From Oscillospiraceae bacterium (GTDB taxonomy: Bacteria; Bacillota; Clostridia; Oscillospirales; UBA644): 64,000 nucleotides of DNA. The DNA is taken from contig CACZQB010000061.1 of the NCBI GenBank assembly GCA_902783255.1, forward strand, positions 17,859-81,858, in the 5' to 3' direction. The position numbers and the translations under genes were made by a program. Below, piece after piece: positions 19,557 to 29,441 of this stretch (the first letter of the stretch is position 1; the number at the start of each line of letters is the position of its first letter). The notes beneath the pieces were generated by a model. That model saw nothing but the letters and a program-made list of their open reading frames with translations. It made no database searches and was not told the origin of the DNA.

Positions 19557-20891
19557 ATGGCAAATTCATACGTTGCTGTCGTTGGCAGACCCAATGTCGG
19601 CAAAAGCACTCTTTTCAATAAAATCGTAGGCGGCAGACCGTCTATTGTCGAAGATACGCCCGGAGTCACAAGAGACAGACTGTATCATGATACCGAATGG
19701 GCAGGGGTTCCGTTTACGCTTATCGATACGGGCGGAATAGAACCTCATTCAGATGATGTTATCCTTTCGCAAATGCGGACCCAGGCTCTGATAGCAATAG
19801 AAACAGCAGATGTGGTTATCCTTGTAACGGATATCACCACCGGCGTTACTGCAGCTGACAGCGAAGTTGCCGATATGCTTCTGAAAGCTAAAAAGGATGT
19901 TGTTTTGTGTGTAAACAAAGTTGACCGTCCCGGAACTCCGCCTCCCGAGCTTTATGAGTTTTATAATCTCGGTCTTGGAGACCCGTTTCCAGTTTCAGCT
20001 GTTCACGGTCTTGGCACAGGAGATCTTCTTGATGAGGTAATTACCCGGTTGAAGGATCATCCGTCCGAACCGAAAGACGAAAGCGCAACATATGTCGCTG
20101 TTATAGGCAAACCGAATGTCGGCAAAAGCTCCTTTGTTAATCGCGTTTTCGGATCGGAGCGAACTATCGTTTCCGATATTCCTGGCACTACGAGAGATGC
20201 GGTTGATGCGGACGTTGAAAACGAGTTCGGAAAGTTTGTTTTTATTGACACGGCAGGTCTTCGCAAAAAAAGCAAGGTCGAAGACGAAATCGAAAAATAC
20301 AGCGTTTTGCGCTCATATATGGCGGTAGACCGCGCGGATGTCGTATTGATAATGATCGATGCAAATGACGGCGTTACGGAACAGGACACCAAAATAGCAG
20401 GCATTGCGCATGAAAAAGGCAAAGCGTCTGTAGTCGTTGTCAACAAATGGGATTCTGTCGAAAAAGACGACAAAACGATGGATAAGCTGAAAAAAGAGAT
20501 CGCTGAAGATCTTAAATTCATGTCTTATGCTCCGATCGTATTCATTTCGGCAAAAACAGGCTTCCGTGTGGAAAATGTTTTTAAAATGATAACATTTGTT
20601 AAGGAGCAGCATTCAAGACGCATTACAACAGGTGTTCTGAACGACGTTCTTGTTGAAGCCACAACAAAAGTTCAGCCGCCTACCGATAAGGGTAAACGAC
20701 TGAAACTGCTTTATATGACTCAGGTTTCAATAAAACCTCCCACATTTGTTATTTTTGTCAACGATCCCGAGCTTTTTCATTTCTCATACCAGCGCTATAT
20801 CGAAAATCAGATGAGAGAAACATTCGGGCTTACAGGAACACCGATAAATATAATAGTCCGAGAAAAAACAAGAGAAAAAAACGTCAAATAA
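19557..20891 (+). CDS. der: ribosome biogenesis GTPase Der (EngA)
   Basis: Two tandem GTPase domains (GRPNVGKST and GKPNVGKSS) plus a KH-like C-terminus. Confidence 0.95.
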   Translation: MANSYVAVVGRPNVGKSTLFNKIVGGRPSIVEDTPGVTRDRLYHDTEWAGVPFTLIDTGGIEPHSDDVILSQMRTQALIAIETADVVILVTDITTGVTAADSEVADMLLKAKKDVVLCVNKVDRPGTPPPELYEFYNLGLGDPFPVSAVHGLGTGDLLDEVITRLKDHPSEPKDESATYVAVIGKPNVGKSSFVNRVFGSERTIVSDIPGTTRDAVDADVENEFGKFVFIDTAGLRKKSKVEDEIEKYSVLRSYMAVDRADVVLIMIDANDGVTEQDTKIAGIAHEKGKASVVVVNKWDSVEKDDKTMDKLKKEIAEDLKFMSYAPIVFISAKTGFRVENVFKMITFVKEQHSRRITTGVLNDVLVEATTKVQPPTDKGKRLKLLYMTQVSIKPPTFVIFVNDPELFHFSYQRYIENQMRETFGLTGTPINIIVREKTREKNVK

Positions 20892-20898
20892 ACAATGG

Positions 20899-20937
20899 CC
20901 CCCGATATTCAAAACGAATTTCGGGGACTGTTTTTTT
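20899..20937 (+). terminator. intrinsic terminator after der
   Basis: CCCCGA 20900-20905 pairs with TCGGGG 20921-20926, followed by T7 at 20931-20937. Confidence 0.6.
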
Positions 20938-21721
20938 AGTTGATGATTTTAGGGGTATCAGCATTTTCTGCGTTTCGCATGTATATCGTTACAGCTGTGA
21001 ACGCAGCGGCAAATACAGTAGCGGCAAGCACGGTGAGCCATACAGATGCTCCGGATTGCGAGATAAGTGAAACCGTAAGATCATAAACCGTATGCGCTGC
21101 AAGACATATCGCAAATCCGGCAGCGGACATATTTTTTTTGATAAAATACGCTATAATGACCGAAAGCCCGATATGTATCAGAATAGCAAGAATTCTCTCC
21201 GTTCCCGCAGCAAAAAAGGAAGAGATCGGTTGCGATGAAAGAGTTTCGGCTATCGTTTTATATTGCTCGGTATTGGGAAGCGAATTTGTGTTTATCATTA
21301 TGCTTACAATAAGATTTACTATGACCGAAATGCCCGTATAGGCGATCGTCTCACTTAAGCCGTGACCGAAACCGGTTCCGAGAGCGGAATTGAATCGTAT
21401 ATTCTCTTTAACTGCAAATTTCAGTACCAAAAATCTTGCGGATGTATCAAATAATCCTCTTGTAAACGAAAGAAAAAGAGCAAATAGTATGGGATTATTG
21501 TTCGCAAAATCTGCAAAACTGTCCTGGGTGCTTAAAATCAGCAGTACAGGGTCTCGTATAATTATCTGCGCAACAAAACAACTGAAAAGACCAAGCAGAA
21601 TAAATCTGTTCATCGATCCTGTTTTGTCTTTTTTTATAAGGTATATCCACACTGCTATTGGGATCACGAGAGAACATATTGCCGAAAAAATAATGCCGGC
21701 AAAAAGTATTGGAGAAATCAT
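20936..21721 (-). CDS. YhfC-family intramembrane metalloprotease-like membrane protein
   Basis: 261 aa, polytopic, with a GFGHGLSETI motif similar to the YhfC-family GFGHGGxE. Confidence 0.55.
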   Translation of the reverse strand: MISPILFAGIIFSAICSLVIPIAVWIYLIKKDKTGSMNRFILLGLFSCFVAQIIIRDPVLLILSTQDSFADFANNNPILFALFLSFTRGLFDTSARFLVLKFAVKENIRFNSALGTGFGHGLSETIAYTGISVIVNLIVSIMINTNSLPNTEQYKTIAETLSSQPISSFFAAGTERILAILIHIGLSVIIAYFIKKNMSAAGFAICLAAHTVYDLTVSLISQSGASVWLTVLAATVFAAAFTAVTIYMRNAENADTPKIIN

Positions 21722-21804
21722 CTGCGGCTCCGATCGTAATTTATTATTTATATTGTATCACAAATAAAGATTTATTGCAATAGCATTATTAAATTTTGTC
21801 AGTT

Positions 21805-21841
21805 AAAACAAGGGATGCCCGACTTTTGCCGGACATCCCTT
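21805..21841 (-). terminator. intrinsic terminator after the SLH-like protein gene
   Basis: On the minus strand, AGGGATGTCCG ... CGGGCATCCCT forms an 11-bp stem with one G-U pair, followed by TGTTTT. Confidence 0.55.
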
Positions 21842-21865
21842 TATGGAGGTACTGAATGAAAAGTT

Positions 21866-24301
21866 TTATCTGTCCATAAATGCGTATATAGCTATTGCAA
21901 GGTCTTCTCTTGTCATTGCTGCCAGAGGATGTATATTATTTTGGCTGTCAGCATCGAAAAGTCCTGCTTCATCCGCTATCATCAGATAGGGGGCGTATCC
22001 TTCGGTAATGGAATCCGCATCCTTGTAATCTGCTTTGAAAAGACCGCTCAGAGCTGCTGTCGCTCCGTATTCGGATGCTCTTATGATCGTTTTTGCAACA
22101 TCCTGTTTTCTCATGATAAGATCGGGCGATTTTTCGCCTGCGTCAACAAAACCATAGTATACGGCTTCTCTGTAGATCGAATCGGTATAATCATCGTTTA
22201 TATTTTCAACAGAGTATCTGCAACCCATTGAATTGAGCAGGAAAACTATCATATCGAGCTGCGTAAGAGTCTTTTTCGGCTCAAACGCGGTTCCGCCGAA
22301 CGAAATGCCGTATGTCGCAAGTTTGTTTATTTTTTCGGGGTATCTGCATTCGTTGATATCCGAATAAACAGCGATTTCCGAGTTAGTGCTGTAATCGTAT
22401 TTCAGCAATTCACCGTCTTTCGCTTTGACTGCATAAGTTTTTCCGTCATTTGTAAGAACATATGCTGTTTTGAACGAGTAAACATAACTTCCGCCCCAGC
22501 CTGCGTTTATATAGGGCCTGAACTCAGGCGCTTTGTCGTCAATTGCAACCGGGATCGTTATATATTGGAGCTTCGGTGTAAAGTCGGATGTGAATATTTC
22601 AAGCGCTTTTTCTGAAGAAATAATGCCGTCCGCGCTTTCAAATTCAACACCGTCCGTCCACCATTTTTCAAATGAATTGATCGTGCCGTCGATCGAGTTT
22701 ACAATAACTGAAAGAGAGTTGCTTTCAAGAGGATAACCGTTTACGGTATTTGTAAAGGTGTAATTTGCGGTTGTGTTGTTGCCGTTTATATATGTGTTTG
22801 TCAATGCTGACGCACCGAATTCATTGGGAAAATTCTTTTTAAGAAATTCTTCGCCTACGCTGAGAGTATCAACTTTTCTCTTGCCGCTGTCATAATCTTT
22901 TTCGTTTACGTAAGGCATAGAGGTATAGTAGTTTTTCAGCTCGCCTGTTTTGCCGTCTGCTGTAACATACTTTCTGATATAATAGATCTGTTTGCCGTTT
23001 GATGTGTTTTCTTTGAATGCGCTGGCAGACATTCCTATCTCCGAACCTCTTGTTACACGTTTTGTAAAATAGAGAGATGCGGTTACCTCATCGGTATCGG
23101 TATTTCTGGTGTAGCTTGAATTAGCGATTTCAAAAAACTGAAGTCCGAATTCAGGATATTTCTCCGTTATTTTGAGCGCTATTTTTTCGGGAGACAGAAC
23201 ATCCTTCATTTTTTCGATATTGTCGAGTTCTACCTGCGTCAGAGTATATGACTTCATATCGGGCTCTGCAGCAGGTGCCTCTTCCATCACTTCCATGTCA
23301 TATGATGAATTTGTTGTATATGCAGTGCCTCTGCCGTAAACTTCTTCGTAAAGCTTGTTTCTGTCTACGGTGTCACCTGTCAGAGCGTCAAAATACCAGT
23401 CTCCTGTCGGGCTGAATCGGTATTGAAGCTGTGCTTTCGGATGAAGATGCTCCGTGTCGTTTTCATCATAAACGATATAATATTTGAGCGTGCTTTCAAA
23501 TTTCCCAGAAAGTGCTTTGAAAGCGTTGCTTTCTGCATATATAGTGCTTGCGGAAGGATAACCGCCGAAATATGAATCATTGAAGTCGTTTCTTGAAAAG
23601 CTGGTAACTTCAAGAGTATTCGAATCTACCGTAATACTGAGATTTATCGGAGTTTCAAGACCGTTTACTGTAAGCGTTGCATAAAAATAATAAGAAGATC
23701 TTCCGAGAGGAGAGAGAATATCTTCATTGAATTGTTCGCCGATAACAAAACTTTCCGTTTCGTTTAATACTCTGCGCAAAAAACGCTTGACAGATCCAAC
23801 GGCGTCTTCTCTTGATGCTTTCTGGAATTTCGGATTGTAAAATCTGTTGTATGCACTGTAAGAATTTGATGAGTTGTTGTGATAATACTTGTTGTATCGA
23901 ATTACGGTTCCGTCTTCTGCTGCGGTAACATTTATATCGTTGTCGTCATTTGACCAGTAAAGATACCACATACGGTTTGTAACGCTGTCTGAAAAATTGC
24001 CGTTAAATGATGTATATTCGTCACCGATACCGATCGTGTTTCTTACGGAAAGCGTTATTTCCGCAAGTTTTTGGTCGATTTCCGCGCTGTCTTTAACTTC
24101 GGTCGACGGTGTAGAAACAACATGACCGGGATATACGATAGTCGTATACTCTTTGTCGGGCTCGTCGATCTCAATGATATCGTATTCAGCTTCCACGGGT
24201 TCTTCCACCGGTTTTTCTGGTTCCGCCGAAGTTGCTGCGCAAAGAGCAGAAGACATTGCAACAGCAAGCGCCGCGGCAACGATTTTTTTGTGCACTTTCA
24301 T
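21866..24301 (-). CDS. large secreted protein with three C-terminal SLH-like repeats
   Basis: ATG 24299-24301 has AAGGAGGA upstream. The signal peptide is MKVHKKIVAAALAVAMSSALCAATSA. The C-terminal ~170 aa shows SLH-like repeats (YSDI..YPEKINKLATYGISFGG..FEPKKTLTQLDMIVFLL; YKDADSI...MTREDLAIAIYAFM). The middle region is of unknown function. Confidence 0.55.
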   Translation of the reverse strand: MKVHKKIVAAALAVAMSSALCAATSAEPEKPVEEPVEAEYDIIEIDEPDKEYTTIVYPGHVVSTPSTEVKDSAEIDQKLAEITLSVRNTIGIGDEYTSFNGNFSDSVTNRMWYLYWSNDDNDINVTAAEDGTVIRYNKYYHNNSSNSYSAYNRFYNPKFQKASREDAVGSVKRFLRRVLNETESFVIGEQFNEDILSPLGRSSYYFYATLTVNGLETPINLSITVDSNTLEVTSFSRNDFNDSYFGGYPSASTIYAESNAFKALSGKFESTLKYYIVYDENDTEHLHPKAQLQYRFSPTGDWYFDALTGDTVDRNKLYEEVYGRGTAYTTNSSYDMEVMEEAPAAEPDMKSYTLTQVELDNIEKMKDVLSPEKIALKITEKYPEFGLQFFEIANSSYTRNTDTDEVTASLYFTKRVTRGSEIGMSASAFKENTSNGKQIYYIRKYVTADGKTGELKNYYTSMPYVNEKDYDSGKRKVDTLSVGEEFLKKNFPNEFGASALTNTYINGNNTTANYTFTNTVNGYPLESNSLSVIVNSIDGTINSFEKWWTDGVEFESADGIISSEKALEIFTSDFTPKLQYITIPVAIDDKAPEFRPYINAGWGGSYVYSFKTAYVLTNDGKTYAVKAKDGELLKYDYSTNSEIAVYSDINECRYPEKINKLATYGISFGGTAFEPKKTLTQLDMIVFLLNSMGCRYSVENINDDYTDSIYREAVYYGFVDAGEKSPDLIMRKQDVAKTIIRASEYGATAALSGLFKADYKDADSITEGYAPYLMIADEAGLFDADSQNNIHPLAAMTREDLAIAIYAFMDR

Positions 24302-24438
24302 AAATATCCTCCTTAAATCGGTAAAAAGAATGGTATTGAAAAAACATTTTTTGCTGTTTGATTCGTTAGACGGAAACAATTGAAAAATGTTCCGTAAAAT
24401 AAAAAAATTTTATTGACCGCACAGATCTTTGAAAACGG

Positions 24439-24467
24439 TTGACAAATTATCATCGGTGTGGTATACT
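24439..24467 (+). promoter_or_regulatory. sigma-A promoter of pyrE
   Basis: TTGACA 24439-24444, 17-nt spacer, TATACT 24462-24467. The ORF-track start at 24439 is actually this -35 box. Confidence 0.6.
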
Positions 24468-24501
24468 CATTATTATAATACAGATGAAAGATGATTGCAA
24501 T

Positions 24502-25161
24502 ATGACAAACAAGGAAAAATTTGTTAAATTTATGACAGAATGCGGAGTTCTGACTTTCGGAGATTTCACTCTTAAAAGTGGAAGAAAAGCTCCTTACTTT
24601 ATCAATACCGGCAACTATCGCACAGGAGCTCAGCTTGCAAAACTCGGCGAATTTTACGCAGACACGATAAAAGAAAACGATCTTTGCGCAGATACTCTTT
24701 TCGGCCCCGCATATAAAGGTATACCGCTTGCGGTATGCGCGTCCCAGGCGCTTTTTTTGAAATACGGTATCGAAACTGGATACTGTTTTGACCGCAAGGA
24801 AGCAAAGGATCACGGCGAGGGCGGCGATTTTGTAGGTGCAAAGCTGAAAAACGGAGATCGGGTTATAATTATAGAGGATGTTATGACATCCGGCAAAGCT
24901 CTCAGGGAGGTCCTTCCGAAGCTTACCACGGCTGCTGATATCAAAATAACAGGCATGGTCATAACTGTAGACCGTATGGAAAAAGCTCTTGACAGTAATC
25001 TCAGCGCAGTTCAGTCTGCAAAACAGGATTTCGGCGTTGATGTTTACTCCATAGTAACGATCAATGATATCATCTCTTCGATCGAAAGCGGCGCCGTTCC
25101 GGGTATGGAATACCTTGATGCCATGAAAAAATATCGCGATACTTACGGGGTTGAATACTGA
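24502..25161 (+). CDS. pyrE: orotate phosphoribosyltransferase
   Basis: N-terminus MTNKEKFVKFMTECGVLTFGDFTLKSGR and PRPP-binding loop VIIIEDVMTSG. Confidence 0.9.
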   Translation: MTNKEKFVKFMTECGVLTFGDFTLKSGRKAPYFINTGNYRTGAQLAKLGEFYADTIKENDLCADTLFGPAYKGIPLAVCASQALFLKYGIETGYCFDRKEAKDHGEGGDFVGAKLKNGDRVIIIEDVMTSGKALREVLPKLTTAADIKITGMVITVDRMEKALDSNLSAVQSAKQDFGVDVYSIVTINDIISSIESGAVPGMEYLDAMKKYRDTYGVEY

Positions 25162-25220
25162 TTATCTCGTATTATTATGTATATTCTTTTTGTGTTCACG
25201 AAAATTTTACAAAATACACC

Positions 25221-25249
25221 TTGACATTTCACGCTCTTTGTAATATAAT
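25221..25249 (+). promoter_or_regulatory. sigma-A promoter of tRNA-Gly
   Basis: TTGACA, 17-nt spacer, TATAAT. This is a perfect consensus 12 nt upstream of the tRNA. Confidence 0.7.
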
Positions 25250-25261
25250 ATTTAAGCGATT

Positions 25262-25335
25262 GCGGGTGTAGTTCAGTGGTAGAACCCTAGCCTTCCAAGC
25301 TAGTTGTGCGGGTTCGATTCCCGTCACCCGCTCCA
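25262..25335 (+). tRNA. tRNA-Gly (anticodon UCC)
   Basis: Folded by hand into a cloverleaf: acceptor GCGGGTG/CACCCGC, anticodon stem CTAGC/GCTAG with loop CT-TCC-AA, T-loop TTCGATT, and an encoded CCA. Confidence 0.9.
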
Positions 25336-25338
25336 TGG

Positions 25339-25369
25339 TCCTGTGTGAAAGCACAGGATCTTTTCTTTT
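25339..25369 (+). terminator. intrinsic terminator after tRNA-Gly
   Basis: TCCTGTG/CACAGGA stem with a 6-nt loop, followed by TCTTTTCTTTT. Confidence 0.7.
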
Positions 25370-25470
25370 ATACTTTTTTATATAAAAATAGAATGATGAT
25401 ACCTGTTTTGTATTGCAATTTTGCATGATTTTTGTTATAATATAGAAAAATGGGATGAGGAGACGGAAAA

Positions 25471-26247
25471 ATGTATTCTGTTATTCACGATATACTCTGC
25501 GACCGCAAAGGCGGAGATATTTTTACTTGTTTCGGACCGTTTCACATCTGCTTTATACTTTTTATTTTCGCTCTTATTTGCGTTGTCAGTATCCTTATTA
25601 AAAATAAAAGCGGCGCCATCAGGGAAAAAACATGCAATTTTTTTATTTCCGCAGCGTTTGCTCTTTATATTGCTGACTTTTTTCTCATGCCATTTGCGTA
25701 TGAAGAAATCGATATCGAAAAACTTCCGTTTCACGTTTGCACCGCAATGTGCGTGATGTGTTTTTTGAGCAGACACGTTAAATTCCTTTCTGAATATAAA
25801 ATGAATTTTGCCTTGCTCGGCTTTATATCAAATTTAGTCTACCTTATTTATCCTGCGGGCGTAATGTGGCATGCCGTCCATCCGTTTACATACCGTGTTG
25901 TTCAAACTCTTTTGTTCCACGGCGTAATGACTGCATACGGTTTTTTAACGATCGTTTTTGAAAATGGATTTTCCGTCAAAAACTTCCGTAAAGACATTGC
26001 GGTCCTTGTTGGTATGACATTGTGGGCACTTTTGGGCAATTTCCTTTACAATGGCTCCGCAGGCAGTTATTCTGCGAATTACAACTGGTTTTTTGTCACA
26101 GCAGACCCGTTCGGAATTCTCGATAAAAGCGTTTCAGTCTTTATTATGCCGTTTTTAAACATCATAATATTCTTTGCGGCTGAAATGCTGGTTTATTTTA
26201 TTTATCATTCGGCAAAGCGCGTGCTGTCAAAAAAAAATCATAATTAA
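25471..26247 (+). CDS. polytopic membrane protein (YwaF/TIGR02206-like)
   Basis: 258 aa with about 7 hydrophobic segments and RBS GAGGAG. The family call is tentative and from memory. Confidence 0.4.
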   Translation: MYSVIHDILCDRKGGDIFTCFGPFHICFILFIFALICVVSILIKNKSGAIREKTCNFFISAAFALYIADFFLMPFAYEEIDIEKLPFHVCTAMCVMCFLSRHVKFLSEYKMNFALLGFISNLVYLIYPAGVMWHAVHPFTYRVVQTLLFHGVMTAYGFLTIVFENGFSVKNFRKDIAVLVGMTLWALLGNFLYNGSAGSYSANYNWFFVTADPFGILDKSVSVFIMPFLNIIIFFAAEMLVYFIYHSAKRVLSKKNHN

Positions 26248-26258
26248 AGGAGAGCATT

Positions 26259-27263
26259 ATGAAAGGTGCATGTAATTTCAGCAGGGAGCTTTTGAAAAAA
26301 ACAGTTCCGTCAATGTCGTTCAATGGCGGTGATATCACCGCATGGCAGAAAAGATCAAGGGAAAAGCTGATCGAACTTCTCGGAATAAATAAAATAGAAA
26401 AATGCAATCCGGCTTTGCAGATCGAATACACGCAAAAAATCGACAGTGAGACCGAAATACGCTTTAGTTTTCAGAGCGAAGAGGGGTACCGCGTTCCCTG
26501 TCATCTGCTTTTGCCCGACGGAGTAAAAAATCCCCCTGTTATGATCTGCCTTCAGGGACACAGCAAGGGTATGCATGTTTCGCTGGACAGAACCGTCTAT
26601 CCGGGCGAAGAAAAGGCTTCTCTTGTTGGCGGTGACCGCGATTTTGCGATGAGGGCTTTGCGTGAAGGTTTCGCGGCAATAGCATGCGAACAAAGAAATT
26701 TCGGCGAATGCGGAGGCACGGCGAACGGTCCCGCATGTTACGAGGAAAGCATGAATGCGCTTCTCATGGGAAGAACTACTATCGGTGAACGCGTGTGGGA
26801 TATCATGCGACTGATAGACGTTCTTGAGTCCGATTTTTCGGACAAAACAGATATAAACTGCATATGTATTATGGGTAATTCCGGCGGTGGTACGGCAACA
26901 GCATATACAGCAGCGCTTGACAGTCGCCTCGTTCTTGCAATGCCTTCCTGCGCAGTCTGCTCATACAAAGCCTCTATCGGGGCTATGAATCACTGTTCAT
27001 GCAATTATGTTCCGCATATAATGGAATATTTTGATATGGGCGATCTTATTTGTATGGCTGCTCCCACCGCCTATATACAGGTGAACGGGGATGCGGATCC
27101 CATATTTCCGATTGACGGCGCAAAAGAAGTGTTCATTCAGGGCAAAAAAGCATACGATGCGCTTGGTATTTCAGATAAAATCGTTCATGTGATCGGAAAA
27201 GGAGATCATCGCTTTTTTGCAGATGATTCATGGCCTTTTGTTCATAAATTTACAGGCAGGTAA
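26259..27263 (+). CDS. alpha/beta hydrolase (acetyl-xylan-esterase/dienelactone-hydrolase-like)
   Basis: Nucleophile elbow GNSGG (IMGNSGGG), with late Asp and His residues (GDADP..., GDHRF). Confidence 0.6.
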   Translation: MKGACNFSRELLKKTVPSMSFNGGDITAWQKRSREKLIELLGINKIEKCNPALQIEYTQKIDSETEIRFSFQSEEGYRVPCHLLLPDGVKNPPVMICLQGHSKGMHVSLDRTVYPGEEKASLVGGDRDFAMRALREGFAAIACEQRNFGECGGTANGPACYEESMNALLMGRTTIGERVWDIMRLIDVLESDFSDKTDINCICIMGNSGGGTATAYTAALDSRLVLAMPSCAVCSYKASIGAMNHCSCNYVPHIMEYFDMGDLICMAAPTAYIQVNGDADPIFPIDGAKEVFIQGKKAYDALGISDKIVHVIGKGDHRFFADDSWPFVHKFTGR

Positions 27264-27267
27264 AAAA

Positions 27268-27948
27268 ATGAAGATACTATTCCTCGGAACCGGTGCCGCA
27301 GACTGGCCCGCAGAAAGACCTGCTGACGCAAAAGAACACAGAAGATTATCGTCTGCTCTCATAGACGATATACTGCTGATAGATCCTAACCAATGTGTTT
27401 TCGACGCATTGAAAGAATACTGCAAAGATCCTGCAAAAATAAAATATATTATCAATACTCACCCTCACAGCGACCACTATTGCGAAGAAACGGTAAAAGA
27501 GCTCGAAAAAAGCGGCGCGGTTTTTATTCCTTTTTACGCAGGTGATCAAAAAACCGTCGGTAAATACACCGTAAGGGCGTATGCGGCTAATCATTCCACT
27601 GCTGATTTGCCGGTCCATTTTATTGTTTCGGACGGCGCAAAGACCCTGTTTTACGGACTTGACGGCGCATGGCTTTTATACGGCGAAGTTCAGGCGATAA
27701 AAAAGTATCGTCCGGATCTTGCCGTATTAGATGCTACAGTAGGGTTTATAGACGGCGACTACCGTATTTTTGAGCATAATGATCTGTATATGGTTCTTGA
27801 AATGAAAAAATCACTTGAAAAATACATAGGCGCATTCTGTATAAGCCATATGGCAAGAACACTTCATCAGGATCATAAGGCTCTCAGCGAAAAAATGAAC
27901 GGATACGGCGTAATAACGGCTTATGACGGAATGGAATACGAACTGTGA
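27268..27948 (+). CDS. MBL-fold metallo-hydrolase
   Basis: MKILFLGTGAA followed by an HxHxDH-type motif THPHSDH. ATG 27268 was verified. Confidence 0.7.
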   Translation: MKILFLGTGAADWPAERPADAKEHRRLSSALIDDILLIDPNQCVFDALKEYCKDPAKIKYIINTHPHSDHYCEETVKELEKSGAVFIPFYAGDQKTVGKYTVRAYAANHSTADLPVHFIVSDGAKTLFYGLDGAWLLYGEVQAIKKYRPDLAVLDATVGFIDGDYRIFEHNDLYMVLEMKKSLEKYIGAFCISHMARTLHQDHKALSEKMNGYGVITAYDGMEYEL

Positions 27949-27956
27949 TCATATAA

Positions 27957-27990
27957 GAAGTCCCGAATTTATTTCGGGACTTCTCCCTCT
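27957..27990 (+). terminator. stem-loop terminator after the MBL hydrolase gene
   Basis: GAAGTCCCGAA 27957-27967 pairs with TTCGGGACTTC 27973-27983. The T-tract is weak. Confidence 0.45.
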
Positions 27991-28053
27991 TGCAAATATT
28001 TTTACGATATGTTATAATAAACAAAATATGAGAAATAACGAGAGGAAGACAAT

Positions 28054-29439
28054 ATGAAGCTTAACTACAAACGCATTATTCTTGTGGGTATGGCATTTTT
28101 CCTTATTTCCGCATTCTGGCAGGCATATGACGCGATAATACCGCTTATTTTAACGAATCATTTCGGACTTCCTCAAACGGTATCCGGCGTGATCATGTCT
28201 CTTGACAATATTCTTGCAGTTTTTATGCTGCCTATTTTCGGCGCTATTTCCGATAAGGTCAATTCGCGTTTCGGAAGAAGAACACCTTTTATTTTTATCG
28301 GCACGATCGTTGCCGTTGCCGCTTTTTTTGCTCTTTCGTTTATCGATAATTATCAGCTTTCGCAGCTTTTGGCTGCAAATATACCCAATCTTTCCGCGGA
28401 AGCGGCCGATGATTTTATAAAACAGACAACTCTGGAATTAACGCTTTCAAATCCGATTCCGATAATAGGATTTCTTGCCACACTTCTTGTTGTTCTGATC
28501 GCAATGGCGACATTTCGTTCACCGGCTGTTGCGCTGATGCCGGATGTAACTCCGAAACCTCTTCGTTCAAAGGCAAATGCCGTTATCAATCTTATGGGTT
28601 CCGCAGGCGGTATAATCGTACTTGTTCTCGGTATGATCTTTGCCACATCAAAAAAAACATATATGCCTTATATAGGTTATGTTGCCGCCGTGTGCGCAGT
28701 TATGCTTCTCGGTTTTACAATCTTTATGCTTTTTGTGAAGGAAAAGAAATGGGCGGATGAAATGGAAAAACAGTCTGCAGAATACGGTATTGAGGAAGAA
28801 ACGGAAGTATCCGAAAAACACAAGCTTACTTCTGAAGAACGACATTCGCTTATTCTAATCCTCGCTTCTGTTGCGCTCTGGTTTATAGGATATAACTCAA
28901 TAACAAGCAAATATTCTGTTTACGCGTCAAATATTCTCGGCTTTGACTTCAATTTAACGCTTATAGTTGCTCAGGCAGCGGCTATAATATCATATGTGCC
29001 TGTAGGCATAATTTCTTCCAGGTTCGGAAGAAAAAAGACTGTTCTTGCAGGCGTTCTTCTTCTTGCCGCAGCGTTCTTTATAGGAATATTCATTACTCCT
29101 GATATTCCGGAAATAATAATGTATCCTGTGTTTGCGCTTGCGGGTATAGGCTGGGCTACGATAAACGTAAATTCTTTTCCGATGGTCGTTGAACTTGCGA
29201 AACGCGGCGATACGGGCAAATACACGGGTTACTATTATACCGCTTCAATGTCTGCACAGATCGTTGCGCCTATTCTTTCGGGTTTTCTTTATGATCTGAT
29301 TGGCATGCGGTTCGTATTTTTCCCGTTCGGCGTTCTTTTTGTTATTTTATCATTTGCAACAATGCTTTTCGTGAAACACGGTGATACTACAAATATAGTA
29401 AAAAAGAGTGCTCTTGAACACTTGGATGTGGGTGACTGA
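28054..29439 (+). CDS. MFS transporter
   Basis: 461 aa with about 12 TM segments and the MFS loop motif DKVNSRFGRRTPF (D-R/K-x-G-R-R/K). Confidence 0.8.
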   Translation: MKLNYKRIILVGMAFFLISAFWQAYDAIIPLILTNHFGLPQTVSGVIMSLDNILAVFMLPIFGAISDKVNSRFGRRTPFIFIGTIVAVAAFFALSFIDNYQLSQLLAANIPNLSAEAADDFIKQTTLELTLSNPIPIIGFLATLLVVLIAMATFRSPAVALMPDVTPKPLRSKANAVINLMGSAGGIIVLVLGMIFATSKKTYMPYIGYVAAVCAVMLLGFTIFMLFVKEKKWADEMEKQSAEYGIEEETEVSEKHKLTSEERHSLILILASVALWFIGYNSITSKYSVYASNILGFDFNLTLIVAQAAAIISYVPVGIISSRFGRKKTVLAGVLLLAAAFFIGIFITPDIPEIIMYPVFALAGIGWATINVNSFPMVVELAKRGDTGKYTGYYYTASMSAQIVAPILSGFLYDLIGMRFVFFPFGVLFVILSFATMLFVKHGDTTNIVKKSALEHLDVGD

Positions 29440-29441
29440 CA

